Positions 26,838-36,004 of a stretch of DNA of 64,000 nt are shown here, one piece after another. The notes beneath the pieces were generated by a model. The model was not told the DNA's origin. It did no database searches and saw nothing but the letters and a program-made list of their open reading frames with translations. The number at the start of each line of letters is the position of its first letter. Position 1 is the stretch's first letter. The DNA is from Candidatus Babelota bacterium. Lineage in GTDB: Bacteria > Babelota > Babeliae > Babelales > JAUPTZ01. The position numbers and the translations under genes were made by a program. The stretch covers positions 78,605-142,604 of the forward strand of contig JAUPTZ010000010.1 of assembly GCA_030917815.1 (NCBI GenBank), given 5' to 3'.

Positions 26838-27901
26838 TGAGTCAATTAAGCCGCGGAGTACGCATTGGTATTACGGTAGCCTTTGGCACCTCACTCACGC
26901 TCGTCGTGCTGTGCCATACCTCGTTACTCAATTACTGTATACAGCAAAGAGAACGCTGGCTTGCCGCACCAGTCGCACATCGCATATCGTTTCATCTCGC
27001 AGCCGATGTACCGGCACTTCAAGAACTCATGACTGCGGCAGTCGACTTTTGCAAAGCGCAAGGCGTTAATTTAGAGGTAAAAAAGTTTTATCACCATCAA
27101 GATCTTTCACTCCTCAAAGGACAGATTGAAGAGAGTATCGCGTGGGAAAGCAAAGCAATTATCACGATCGGCAACGTGTCAGCACAAAATGCACACACTC
27201 TCTTAACCAAACGGGACTGCCCAATCCCACACATCTTTACCTGCGTCTCAGACCCGGTTGCATTGGGCATTAGTCAGGAAAAAGATCGAACCGGCACCCA
27301 CAGCACCGGCATTGCTGAAGATGCAAGCGGCGCATCGGAAACCTGCATACGATCCCTTTTACATATTCGACCTGACGCGAAAAGAGTACTGATATTTCAT
27401 AGTACCACCTCGCCTATGCTAAAGAATATCGCCACCGACATGATTAAAAACTTGGCAACACAAAAAATTGAGGCTGGCGGCATAGCCATCACTAAACTTG
27501 ATGAAATTTCCAAATTTTCCCAGGCCTATATCACCCGCGATATTGACATTGTAGTACTACTACGGGACAGCCTTGTTGTAAGCGGCCTACAAACAATTGT
27601 AAAAATATGTCGCATGCATGGTGTTACATGTATCACTTCCGATTCTTACTCGGTGCGCAATGGAGCGGCAGCAGCATGCTGCGTTGAGGAAGCAGAAATT
27701 GGACTACTCGTTGCCGAGCTCATACTCAAAATTGTTGATCAAGGCATAGCGCCAGAAGCATTGCCTGTTACCTACTTCAACACGGCCGACCTCTGCCGCA
27801 TCTGCATTAATCCCTACGAAATGGGAAAACAGGGCCTTCACAATCGTGGCATCTATAACCTCATGAAAAGCCCCATAAAGTTAGAATTCATTCATCAATA
27901 A
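26837..27901 (+). CDS. ABC_sub_bind-type solute-binding protein paralog with N-terminal anchor
   Basis: GTG start overlaps the upstream stop (TAGTG). 'IPHIFTCVSDPVALGI', 'HSTGIAED', 'NGAAAACCVEEAEIGLLVAELILKI..PEALPV'. Hydrophobic N-terminus. Confidence 0.65.
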   Translation: MSQLSRGVRIGITVAFGTSLTLVVLCHTSLLNYCIQQRERWLAAPVAHRISFHLAADVPALQELMTAAVDFCKAQGVNLEVKKFYHHQDLSLLKGQIEESIAWESKAIITIGNVSAQNAHTLLTKRDCPIPHIFTCVSDPVALGISQEKDRTGTHSTGIAEDASGASETCIRSLLHIRPDAKRVLIFHSTTSPMLKNIATDMIKNLATQKIEAGGIAITKLDEISKFSQAYITRDIDIVVLLRDSLVVSGLQTIVKICRMHGVTCITSDSYSVRNGAAAACCVEEAEIGLLVAELILKIVDQGIAPEALPVTYFNTADLCRICINPYEMGKQGLHNRGIYNLMKSPIKLEFIHQ

Positions 27902-27975
27902 AAATTGAGGGCGCATATGCTTTTACATATACACCCTCTCCTCACTACCCTCAAGACTTCTTCCACAGAGGAATA

Positions 27976-28110
27976 CTACTTGTTGGTTTTATGCGCCGCC
28001 ATTTGCGACAATACTTCTAGCTCTTCCGGCGGTCGGTTGTCCCACTGCGCCCAAACAATCGAACAGCCCAAGCAACTTATCGCTAAGAAGCTCATTAATA
28101 ACTTTTTCAT
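27976..28110 (-). CDS. possible small exported or lipoprotein-like peptide (44 aa), below the ORF-track cutoff
   Basis: My own translation: MKKLLMSFLAISCLGCSIVWAQWDNRPPEELEVLSQMAAHKTNK. An AGGAA RBS lies 6 nt upstream. It competes with the featureless + strand ORF 27905-28129. Confidence 0.3.
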   Translation of the reverse strand: MKKLLMSFLAISCLGCSIVWAQWDNRPPEELEVLSQMAAHKTNK

Positions 28111-28461
28111 AAAGTTTCCTTTCCCATAAACGACTACCTCTTCCTTAAGAGTTTTTTCTCATTACTACTCCCTCGAAAGCTCTCGTAGATCGCCTAAGAA
28201 ATACTGTATGAGAAATAAGAAGAAGATCAAGTAGTTAAATACGGCCATATTACTTGGTGTACAAAGAATGAGCTGTTTTTCCTCTCAAAATCACTATAAC
28301 AGTGGAAATATGTACATAAAAACGACTCTTGTCATCAGCCCATCAGCGTATCGCTCGTGCCACATGGTCTATAATGGCAGTATCATATAAAAAACCGCAC
28401 GTTAAGGCACTTTACAAGAACCATTGTACAAATAGTATGATCTATTAACCGGGCAATCGCC

Positions 28462-29679
28462 TTATACCAACCCACTCGCGCCCAATGAATATGAAAATAT
28501 CTGATACAACACAGATAAAAAGTAGGCGATAACCCCACCAACCATTACCATCAACGTCGGTTGCAGCAGTGCAACGTACAGGGCCATCCGCTGTTTTTGC
28601 TCATTAACCAGCAGCGCGGCCGCATTCTGGCACACGGCGGCCAACGATTGCGCATTAGTTACCGTAGCTAAGGTAGCTACAAAAAAAGCCGGGATGCAGA
28701 TACGTGGCGCCGCCTGCATCACATCGGCCAATGAATGCCCCTCTCGTAACTGAGCAACACATTTCCGTAACACCGCCTGCCAACAGGCGTTGCGGAAAAG
28801 CGATTCCATCGCACTCAACGCATCAACTAAGCAAACACCGGCTCGCAGTACTATCGAAAGCACGGTAAAAAATAATATACCCTGTGCATACGCAATAAGC
28901 CGACCTACCAGCGGCAGAGCCAAAATCATACGATCTCGCCATGCCACCAGCTGCATGGAGTACCCTGCCAGCTTCCATACCCCATAGAGGCCCCCGCTCA
29001 ATCCAACAGCACCATATACGCCGTAGGCATACAGCCATGATAGAATGGCCATGCTATCACTAGCACCCTGCTGAGCACCTATATGGAGCGCCCAACCAAG
29101 TAAGGACAGCGCACCAACGGCCGTAATAAGCGGTATCAATGCGGCACGCCCAATATCGGAGCGGTACGTAGTTTCATATTCAAATGCAGAAGCGATATAA
29201 AGCAGCACATCACCAACATTTCCAATACCACCGGTAGCGGCCAGCACCAGCGGCACCACCGGCGGCCAACGGCGTCCGGCCTCCCTAAACGCATCACTCG
29301 GTGCCAGTCCACGAGACATCGCCGCCACTACATCCCCAACAGCGCGGCGTACCTGATAATCGGCAGCGGTCATCCTAACAACACGCAACGCACCATAAAG
29401 AGGAAGCCCCGCACCCATCAATGCATGCATCGTCCGACAGAAGAAAGCCACCTGCATAAGACGTAACTGCTCACGCGATTGTAGATGAACCCACCAGTAC
29501 CACCAGCATGGAGGATAGACCACCATCCAGTAAGAGAAACGTATAGTGATTGGTAATAGCCGGACAGAAACAAGGCGTGCGGCAACCATCGTACGGTCGG
29601 TCGCCCACAGAGCGCCGCAGCGAACCTGTAGCCGAGTATCAAGGCCCTGCCAATAAAAAAGAAGAGATATCGTTTGCAT
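28462..29679 (-). CDS. type II secretion / type IV pilus platform protein (GspF/PilC family)
   Basis: Two T2SSF-like repeats ('..MHALMGAGLPLYGALRVV..', '..LSIVLRAGVCLVDALSAM..') and three TM segments. Visibly more G+C-rich than the flanks. No pilB, pilT or pilin gene is adjacent. Confidence 0.75.
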   Translation of the reverse strand: MQTISLLFYWQGLDTRLQVRCGALWATDRTMVAARLVSVRLLPITIRFSYWMVVYPPCWWYWWVHLQSREQLRLMQVAFFCRTMHALMGAGLPLYGALRVVRMTAADYQVRRAVGDVVAAMSRGLAPSDAFREAGRRWPPVVPLVLAATGGIGNVGDVLLYIASAFEYETTYRSDIGRAALIPLITAVGALSLLGWALHIGAQQGASDSMAILSWLYAYGVYGAVGLSGGLYGVWKLAGYSMQLVAWRDRMILALPLVGRLIAYAQGILFFTVLSIVLRAGVCLVDALSAMESLFRNACWQAVLRKCVAQLREGHSLADVMQAAPRICIPAFFVATLATVTNAQSLAAVCQNAAALLVNEQKQRMALYVALLQPTLMVMVGGVIAYFLSVLYQIFSYSLGASGLV

Positions 29680-29709
29680 TGTGCACCCACGCATAAGCGT
29701 GTTGAAGCA

Positions 29710-30012
29710 CTAGCCTATCGTTTGCTGCCGCGTACCCGCTTCATCGCCGATACCAAGTAATCGGTATATATCGACCACCGAAAGCGAACCTTCAATGGCG
29801 ACCGTTTTACGACGTGAAGTTGCACCGCCAATAATAGTTAGAAAAGACTTTGGAATGCCAAGCTTCTGTGAAAATAAGGCGATGAGTTCATCATTCGCCT
29901 TATTTTTTTCCGGTGCACTTTTGAGGTAGCACTTAAGCACTTGTTGCTTCTGGTCCCATTGCAGCAGCTGTTTACCAGACTGCGGAACAACTTTTACCGT
30001 AATGCGCACCAT
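29710..30012 (-). CDS. DUF167 (YggU-like) family protein
   Basis: 'ITVKVVPQSGK..LKCYLKSAPEKNKANDELIALFSQKLGIPKSFLTIIGGATSRRKTVAI' follows the family pattern. Confidence 0.8.
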   Translation of the reverse strand: MVRITVKVVPQSGKQLLQWDQKQQVLKCYLKSAPEKNKANDELIALFSQKLGIPKSFLTIIGGATSRRKTVAIEGSLSVVDIYRLLGIGDEAGTRQQTIG

Positions 30013-30036
30013 GCCTTTATACCCCTACATTATTCC

Positions 30037-30504
30037 TTACTCAATCACTCCAACCACATATCTGTTGTAAGCTTTGACAATGTCTACCCCGATAAACAGG
30101 TACATCACCTGACTTGCGTACCTTGCACTAACCCACCTCTCAACATCGCAAGAAGGCGCAGTTGCACCAAGTCGCAATAATTCCTTAGCAACATCGGCAG
30201 GAGCATACAGAATCCCATATTGTAACGGGAGTATTTTATCACTCGAACCCTCTTCGGTATAGGCTTCCTGCAAGGCTGCGGCAAGTGGCGCACTCGACAA
30301 CAGATATTTACGCGGGCAACTTGATAAAGAACTCAATTCGCAAAGAATCGGCTTCACTGACGCCCAAGACTTACCGGCCTTCAGCGTAGCCAAAAGCCGC
30401 TGTCCCCATGCTGCCGATGGTGCCATATAGGCCGAAGAGGCTACAACATTAAAAGCCATCATACTCAAACTCATAACGCATAGTAGATATAGTTTTTTAT
30501 TCAT
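30037..30504 (-). CDS. exported protein with ankyrin-like repeat
   Basis: Signal-like 'MNKKLYLLCVMSLSMMAFNVVASSA'. 'PLQYGILYAPADVAKELLRLGA' resembles an ANK repeat. GGGGGA RBS. Confidence 0.45.
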   Translation of the reverse strand: MNKKLYLLCVMSLSMMAFNVVASSAYMAPSAAWGQRLLATLKAGKSWASVKPILCELSSLSSCPRKYLLSSAPLAAALQEAYTEEGSSDKILPLQYGILYAPADVAKELLRLGATAPSCDVERWVSARYASQVMYLFIGVDIVKAYNRYVVGVIE

Positions 30505-30586
30505 AGTTCCCCCAAACAAGTCACTGCTCTCCCACATAAGCAGAAGAGCAGGATATCAAAAATTTTAGTTGTTCTTAATTATCTCT

Positions 30587-31206
30587 TTATCGAAAAAGAG
30601 ACTCCCCAGTAGCGGCCCGCCGCATAAGATCCACTGTCGTAAAGCCATGAAGATCTGTCGTTTTATGCGCGTCAACACCCTTTTTCACCATTCCATCGGC
30701 TAGAATCTCCAAAATAACCGTAAGGCTGACCGGAATTTTATCCAGAATATTCTCTTGATCTGAGCCCTCGGGCGAAGTAAATGGCAGCGCAGAAAAAGAA
30801 GATTTAAGCTTGCGGCAATGAAGCCCGGCCTTAATACAGGCCAAGTGGAGTGGCGTTCTTATCGAACGTCCGGCAGCTCCGCAGGGATTAGCCCCAAAAT
30901 CATTAACCAGAGCCGTAACAACTTCATACGCCTCTGCAGCTGCGGCCACATGTAAAAATGTTGTAGACGCCCCAGCCGGAAGAGTCATAGAATACTCGTC
31001 GACATTAAAAGAAAACGCTTCCTGAAGTTCGTAACGGGCTAGGCAGACTTTCCGCTCAGCAAGGTCCGCACCGCATCTTCGTCATTATCTTTTGCCGCAA
31101 TAAAAAGTGCCATCACCTCAGGGTCTTGCGTCGCAGCCGATCCCATCACCACGCCGCTACATAATCCAAGCACTATCAGTACACTCATCATCACTTTTTT
31201 ATACAT
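30587..31206 (-). pseudogene. exported ankyrin-repeat protein interrupted by a frame change near 31039
   Basis: The upstream ORF carries a signal peptide plus 'ALFIAAKDNDEDAVRTLLSGKSA*'. It continues in another frame as '..LARYELQEAFSFNVDEYSMTLPAGASTTFLHVAAAAEAYEVVTALVNDFGANP..TPLHLACIKAG'. Confidence 0.5.
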
Positions 31207-31302
31207 ACTTTTACCCCCATTAAATACCTGGCACCAGAAACGATGCCAGAAATGCGAGGGTAACACAGCTCATTAAAAAATCAATGAACGCTTCTGCGCC
31301 GA

Positions 31303-32067
31303 CTAAATCATCGCTGCCGGGACCGCAAAAACCCCATTTTCCATCGCGTAATAACGATTGCCGGTATAAATCACTAAACCGGGCGCTATCTGATAGTCGG
31401 CCTCATAGTAGCGGGTAAATATCTCAATCTTGCGGGCATTGGAAACCGATACATGGACCGCACTCTTTATTTCAATGGGGTACAACACCTTCCCGCGCTG
31501 GAGGACCACATCAACCTCGGCAGAGCCATGAGCGGTTCGCCAGTAAAAAATATGGGTATCATCCGGTAATTGCTGGGCCAATCGATTTACCACAAACGTC
31601 TCAAATAATGCGCCCCATGAACGATGTTCAACAATAGCGACCGGATTTGAAATAGCAAACATCTGACAAGCAAGTCCCACATCAACGAGATAGCCCTTGC
31701 TCTTATCGTTCACTATCTCATCTTCGCGATTAAAGCACTTAAGATGGCGCCAGATACCGGCCAGCTCCACAGCCCCCAACATATGCAATACGATATACGG
31801 CTGCATATGCATACGATGCGACAAATGCTCACAGCTTAACTCTTGCCCAGTTAGCTCGCTCATAACGGTCAATAACAACGTAGCGTCGTCGGTAGTTGGC
31901 TCGTCGAATACCACACTTATACATTTCATGACGGCGGTAATTGCCGCATCTCGGGTATTTTTACCATCCCATACCGTATGCTCAAGAGAAACAGGAAACT
32001 CTATAACCTGCTCTTCGGTTGAAAGCGTTTGAGACAAATACCGCTCTAAAAAGGTCGCATTCTTCAT
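31303..32067 (-). CDS. DUF4143-domain protein lacking the usual N-terminal AAA ATPase module
   Basis: 'KGYLVDVGLACQMF', 'GALFETFVVNRL' and 'FYWRTAHGSAEVDVVLQRGKVLYPIEIKS' match the C-terminal two-thirds of COG1373-type proteins. There is no P-loop. Confidence 0.65.
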   Translation of the reverse strand: MKNATFLERYLSQTLSTEEQVIEFPVSLEHTVWDGKNTRDAAITAVMKCISVVFDEPTTDDATLLLTVMSELTGQELSCEHLSHRMHMQPYIVLHMLGAVELAGIWRHLKCFNREDEIVNDKSKGYLVDVGLACQMFAISNPVAIVEHRSWGALFETFVVNRLAQQLPDDTHIFYWRTAHGSAEVDVVLQRGKVLYPIEIKSAVHVSVSNARKIEIFTRYYEADYQIAPGLVIYTGNRYYAMENGVFAVPAAMI

Positions 32068-32687
32068 AACGCATGTTTTTTCCGTGCACGTATCGCCGCA
32101 AACGCTTGCGGTTCAGGTACTTTCGCCATGAAATCCAAAATCATCTCCGCACAGGCTTTCGGCTCTGTGGTACCGGTATCCACCGTAAAGTCGTAACTAT
32201 AGAGATGATTATGCACCTCATAAAATTGAGCACGGGCTACCCCTCGGTGACGGTCGGGCCGCTGCGCTTCACGGGCTTCAAGGATCTCAAGCGCACATTC
32301 AATTTTAATAAAATAGGCACGGGCATCGGCAAACGTATCGGCATAGGCATGGAGAAAATCCCGCCGCTCCCCATGAAATAATATCTCATCAATAACGATA
32401 TCACTCCCATGCTCAATAAGGACACCGGTCATCGGCACGACGGAACCGATTAATCGCTGCGCGTATTCGCCAACCTCAATATGATCGAGCAACCCATTAC
32501 GCATTATGTAGCGGTACCCGTACTGAGTCATTGGACCTGAGCCAACCGCCTGTTTTGGCAGCATGTCATAGAACCAATCAATACCGGTATGCAACAGAGG
32601 CGTTGGATATAACTCCTGCAATGCGTTGGCAATCGATGTTTTACCAGAACTTGAAGTACCATTCAAAAAAACAATCAACGGCTTCAT
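32064..32687 (-). CDS. chloramphenicol-phosphotransferase-like P-loop kinase
   Basis: 'VFLNGTSSSGKTSI', 'GIDWFYDMLP', 'IVIDEILFHG' and 'IKIECALEILEAREAQRPDRHRGVARAQ' parallel the Streptomyces CPT family. ATGA overlaps occur at both ends. Confidence 0.8.
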   Translation of the reverse strand: MKPLIVFLNGTSSSGKTSIANALQELYPTPLLHTGIDWFYDMLPKQAVGSGPMTQYGYRYIMRNGLLDHIEVGEYAQRLIGSVVPMTGVLIEHGSDIVIDEILFHGERRDFLHAYADTFADARAYFIKIECALEILEAREAQRPDRHRGVARAQFYEVHNHLYSYDFTVDTGTTEPKACAEMILDFMAKVPEPQAFAAIRARKKHAL

Positions 32688-34449
32688 GCACGCCCCCTGG
32701 TTTCATCAGTGCCAATCATATTACCTACCTGCAGCTGCCACATTTTTGCATAGTGACCCTTTTTCTTTTGTATGAGCTCTTCATGCGAGCCCTCCTCAAC
32801 AATTTTGCCATCAACAAAAACGAGCAAGCGATCCATCTGCTGCAACGTTGAAAGACGATGTGCTATGGCAATAGTGGTACGCCCTTCCATTAACGCATAC
32901 AGACTTTGTGAAATGGCATGCTCTGTAATAGAGTCAAGAGCCGAGGTCGCTTCATCAAGAATAAGAATTGGTGCTTTTTTAAGCAGCGCGCGAGCAATAG
33001 CAATCCGCTGCCGCTGACCACCACTAATATTAGTACCTCGCTCGCCAAGCACGGTGTCTTCTTTGTGCGGTAGTTCCTCAATAAATTGCTCCGCATGAGT
33101 TTGGGCGATCACACGAGTTAGATCTGCTTGCGACGCATGCGGATTTGCATAGAGCAAATTTTCTTTAACACTACGAGCAAAAAGCAAAGTTTCTTGCGGA
33201 ATAAGCGCAATATTGTGCCGTAAAGACTCTTGCGTTACCTGAGAAATATCTTGTCCATCAATAGAAATAGAGCCTCCACACACATCATAAAATCGCATGA
33301 TTAAATGAATAAACGTTGTCTTGCCACTCCCCGAGTCACCAACTAAGCCAATCTTCTCACCCGGCTTAATATGCACACTAAGCCCAGAAAATACCGTTGC
33401 GTGCCCCTTATACTTGAATTGTACTTTATCAAAAACAATGTCCCCTGATGACACCTTGAGCTCACATGCTGATGCAACATCCATAATCTGATGCGGCGTA
33501 CTCATAATCGAATAGGCCTCACGAGCAATACCATAGTCTTTGTACATTTTTGCGATGTGCGACGAAAGCCACCAGATGGTATTGAACATGTTAAAACAGG
33601 TAGCGAGAATAAAGGTGACATTTCCCGGCGTCATCGCATGGCCCTGCCACGCCGTAACCAACACATAGGATATGCCGGCAATAAGCCCAATACAGGCAAG
33701 CGAGAGCAATGCATTAGCACGGAATAAAAACCACTGTAATCGCTGGGTCGCCACAATCTCTTTCTTGTGATTACGCTCCATCAAGGTTAATTCGGTTTTT
33801 TGCTGCCCAAACATTTTAACCGTAAAAATGTTTTGCAAAACATTTACGGTCGCTCCAACAACGTTATTAAGCGCCGCCGCATATTTTTCAGCATATGAAA
33901 TGCCATGTATCGATAAATAAACGCTTAGCCCTATAGCACACAAAAACCAACTAGCCACCAAAGCAGCACAGGCAAGGTTAGTACGTGAAAGCATAATGAT
34001 AGAGAAGATAAACGACCATATAACCGGCGTTGTCCAGTGGGCCCACGCTTCATACAGTCGATCAAAGCTCTTAGTAAGCTGGTTAATTTTATCGGTCACA
34101 CTGCCAGAAAGATTTTTTGGTAATAATCATATGAATGGTCCATGGCATACCCAAGCGCCGCTTGACGCATATCACACTGAGCATAAGGGCTTATATAGCC
34201 ATGGGTCACAATATCGGTTATGCGGGCAACCGCATCTTTTGCACATAAAAGACCAATAAGGGTAAAAAAGAGAGTCCAGATATAGGAACTTGCCGTTGCC
34301 TCAGGACCGGTTTCGAGTGCGTCAATAATAAGCTTCAGTACGTACGGTAAAAATGCTTCCGCAAGGCCCCACACAATATTTAAGAGCTCAACACCCACCA
34401 AATACCAGCGATAGCGAAGCAAAAAGCGCAGAAAAAACCGTACTACCAT
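32684..34449 (-). pseudogene. ABC exporter (fused permease-ATPase, MsbA-like) split by a 1-nt frame change in a T6 run (A6 on the coding strand)
   Basis: The 117-aa ORF covers the TM N-terminus. The 471-aa ORF has Walker A 'GDSGSGKTT', signature 'ISGGQRQR' and Walker B 'ILILDEAT'. Reading '..YDYYQK' then 'NLSGSVTDKINQL' across 34113-34118 restores the canonical motif. Confidence 0.8.
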
Positions 34450-34630
34450 TCCATCTCCCCCGACTCTTTTAAAATCATGTGCCCGACTATACTAAAGGAC
34501 CAATTCGCAACACTAGTATCAAGGAAATATGCATTTTTTAGCTAGTAGATACCGATATATTGCCCCTGCTTTTCAAGATCTGCTACCGTATTTTATCTCA
34601 TTGATTTCCATGACAAAAAAAGGATTCTAT

Positions 34631-35152
34631 ATGTTTGCACTACTCCTACTTGGCACTCTCTGCAGTATCCTCGCAAATATGACTATGTACGCTGGGGGGA
34701 AAGCAAAAAATAGCGATGATGAAACCATCACTTTCATTTCACTCGGTACCGATCAAGGAATCTATAAAGCAATGATTACCGACTGCAACCAAGAAATACC
34801 GGTAACCAAACTCTCGTTTGCCGGGGAAACAACGCTCGATGGCGTAAAAAAAGAATTTGATAATTCAATCAGCAAAATCAGTTTAAGCGAGCTTGAAAGC
34901 ATTGTAATGCTCGATCCACTCTACATCAGTAAACGCTATCCACAGGCAGAGTTTTGCGCCGTAGCAATCACAACCACCTCCGGCATATCGGAAGAAATGC
35001 TCATGCCGCGAAACCTCCTAATTTGTGCACAAGATCGTGAATCAAATATCAGAAAATCGTGGCCGCTACGCAAGATAAGCGCTATCCACTTAAAACATGG
35101 GCTTGAAGACAACACATCACCAAATCGTGTGCACTATCGCATTCAATCATAA
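34631..35152 (+). CDS. exported hypothetical protein
   Basis: The ATG at 34631 has an AAGGA RBS. 'MFALLLLGTLCSILANMTMYAGG' is signal-like. The longer ORF start at 34529 has no support. Confidence 0.5.
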   Translation: MFALLLLGTLCSILANMTMYAGGKAKNSDDETITFISLGTDQGIYKAMITDCNQEIPVTKLSFAGETTLDGVKKEFDNSISKISLSELESIVMLDPLYISKRYPQAEFCAVAITTTSGISEEMLMPRNLLICAQDRESNIRKSWPLRKISAIHLKHGLEDNTSPNRVHYRIQS

Positions 35153-35917
35153 CGCGCGATCATCGGCTAACCCGGCACCTTTAATCATATTTTCCAACGA
35201 TTTTTGTGGCCGTTTCTTAGAAGATATACCACCGAATAGTGCTTCCTTATTAACCCAGGCAACACCTGACGCCAATGCAACAACCCCAACCGCAGCCGCC
35301 GTCTTCAAACCAACATTCCATGAAGATTGCGGCAACGAATCATGTACCAAATTTGAGACAGAGCGGACACGATGCATCAACGGATCAATGTGCGTAATAA
35401 TACCGACAACACACCCGGTCGCAATACCACACATCAAAGCGGTACTCAAACTGATATCAAGCGGCGTTACCAAATTCAACAACATAAGACCACCAAAAAC
35501 CGCAACGGCTGCGCCGGCAGATATTGCAATTTTCTTTACCGACTCTTCACTATGTATTCTCTTCTGATAGGAGAGCCGTGCATTAGTAAGTTGTCTAACC
35601 AACTCTTGCGCCAGGGCAAGACAACGACTCTCTTGCTCACCAAGCTTGCCTTCTTGCTTCTTCTTAGCAAACAATCGCTCAATATGCGACTCAAGCTTCG
35701 CAACGGTTTTCTCCACGTCGGTCAATGAAAGCTCGCTAAGATCAACCTCTTTATGATTCATCAACGCATTCAACCATTCACTTTGTTGGTCGGCAGCATG
35801 GAATGTCTCCACCAATTCTTTTTTGAACTGCACAAACGCATAGTCTTGAGCCGGAGCCTCACCATACAAAGGAAAAAAAGAAAGACTCAGCAACACTACA
35901 TAGACAATTTTTTGCAT
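35147..35917 (-). CDS. exported protein with C-terminal glycine-zipper-like TM segments (256 aa)
   Basis: Signal-like 'MQKIVYVVLLSLSFFPLYGEA'. C-terminal 'ISAGAAVAVFGGLMLL..MCGIATGCVVGII..AAAVGVVALASGVA'. Confidence 0.6.
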   Translation of the reverse strand: MQKIVYVVLLSLSFFPLYGEAPAQDYAFVQFKKELVETFHAADQQSEWLNALMNHKEVDLSELSLTDVEKTVAKLESHIERLFAKKKQEGKLGEQESRCLALAQELVRQLTNARLSYQKRIHSEESVKKIAISAGAAVAVFGGLMLLNLVTPLDISLSTALMCGIATGCVVGIITHIDPLMHRVRSVSNLVHDSLPQSSWNVGLKTAAAVGVVALASGVAWVNKEALFGGISSKKRPQKSLENMIKGAGLADDRAL

Positions 35918-36004
35918 ACCATTCTCCGGTAATACGTTAATCAGAGAATCGCAGCGTACGCATTCGTGTAATGACTGTCAATCGGATGGTTGCAGCACTA
36001 TAAA

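Noticed and set aside
27905-28129. A 74-aa plus-strand ORF immediately after the last binding-protein gene.
   Set aside because: It has no RBS, uses a non-ATG track start, and has a featureless low-complexity sequence. The opposite strand carries a better-supported small ORF.
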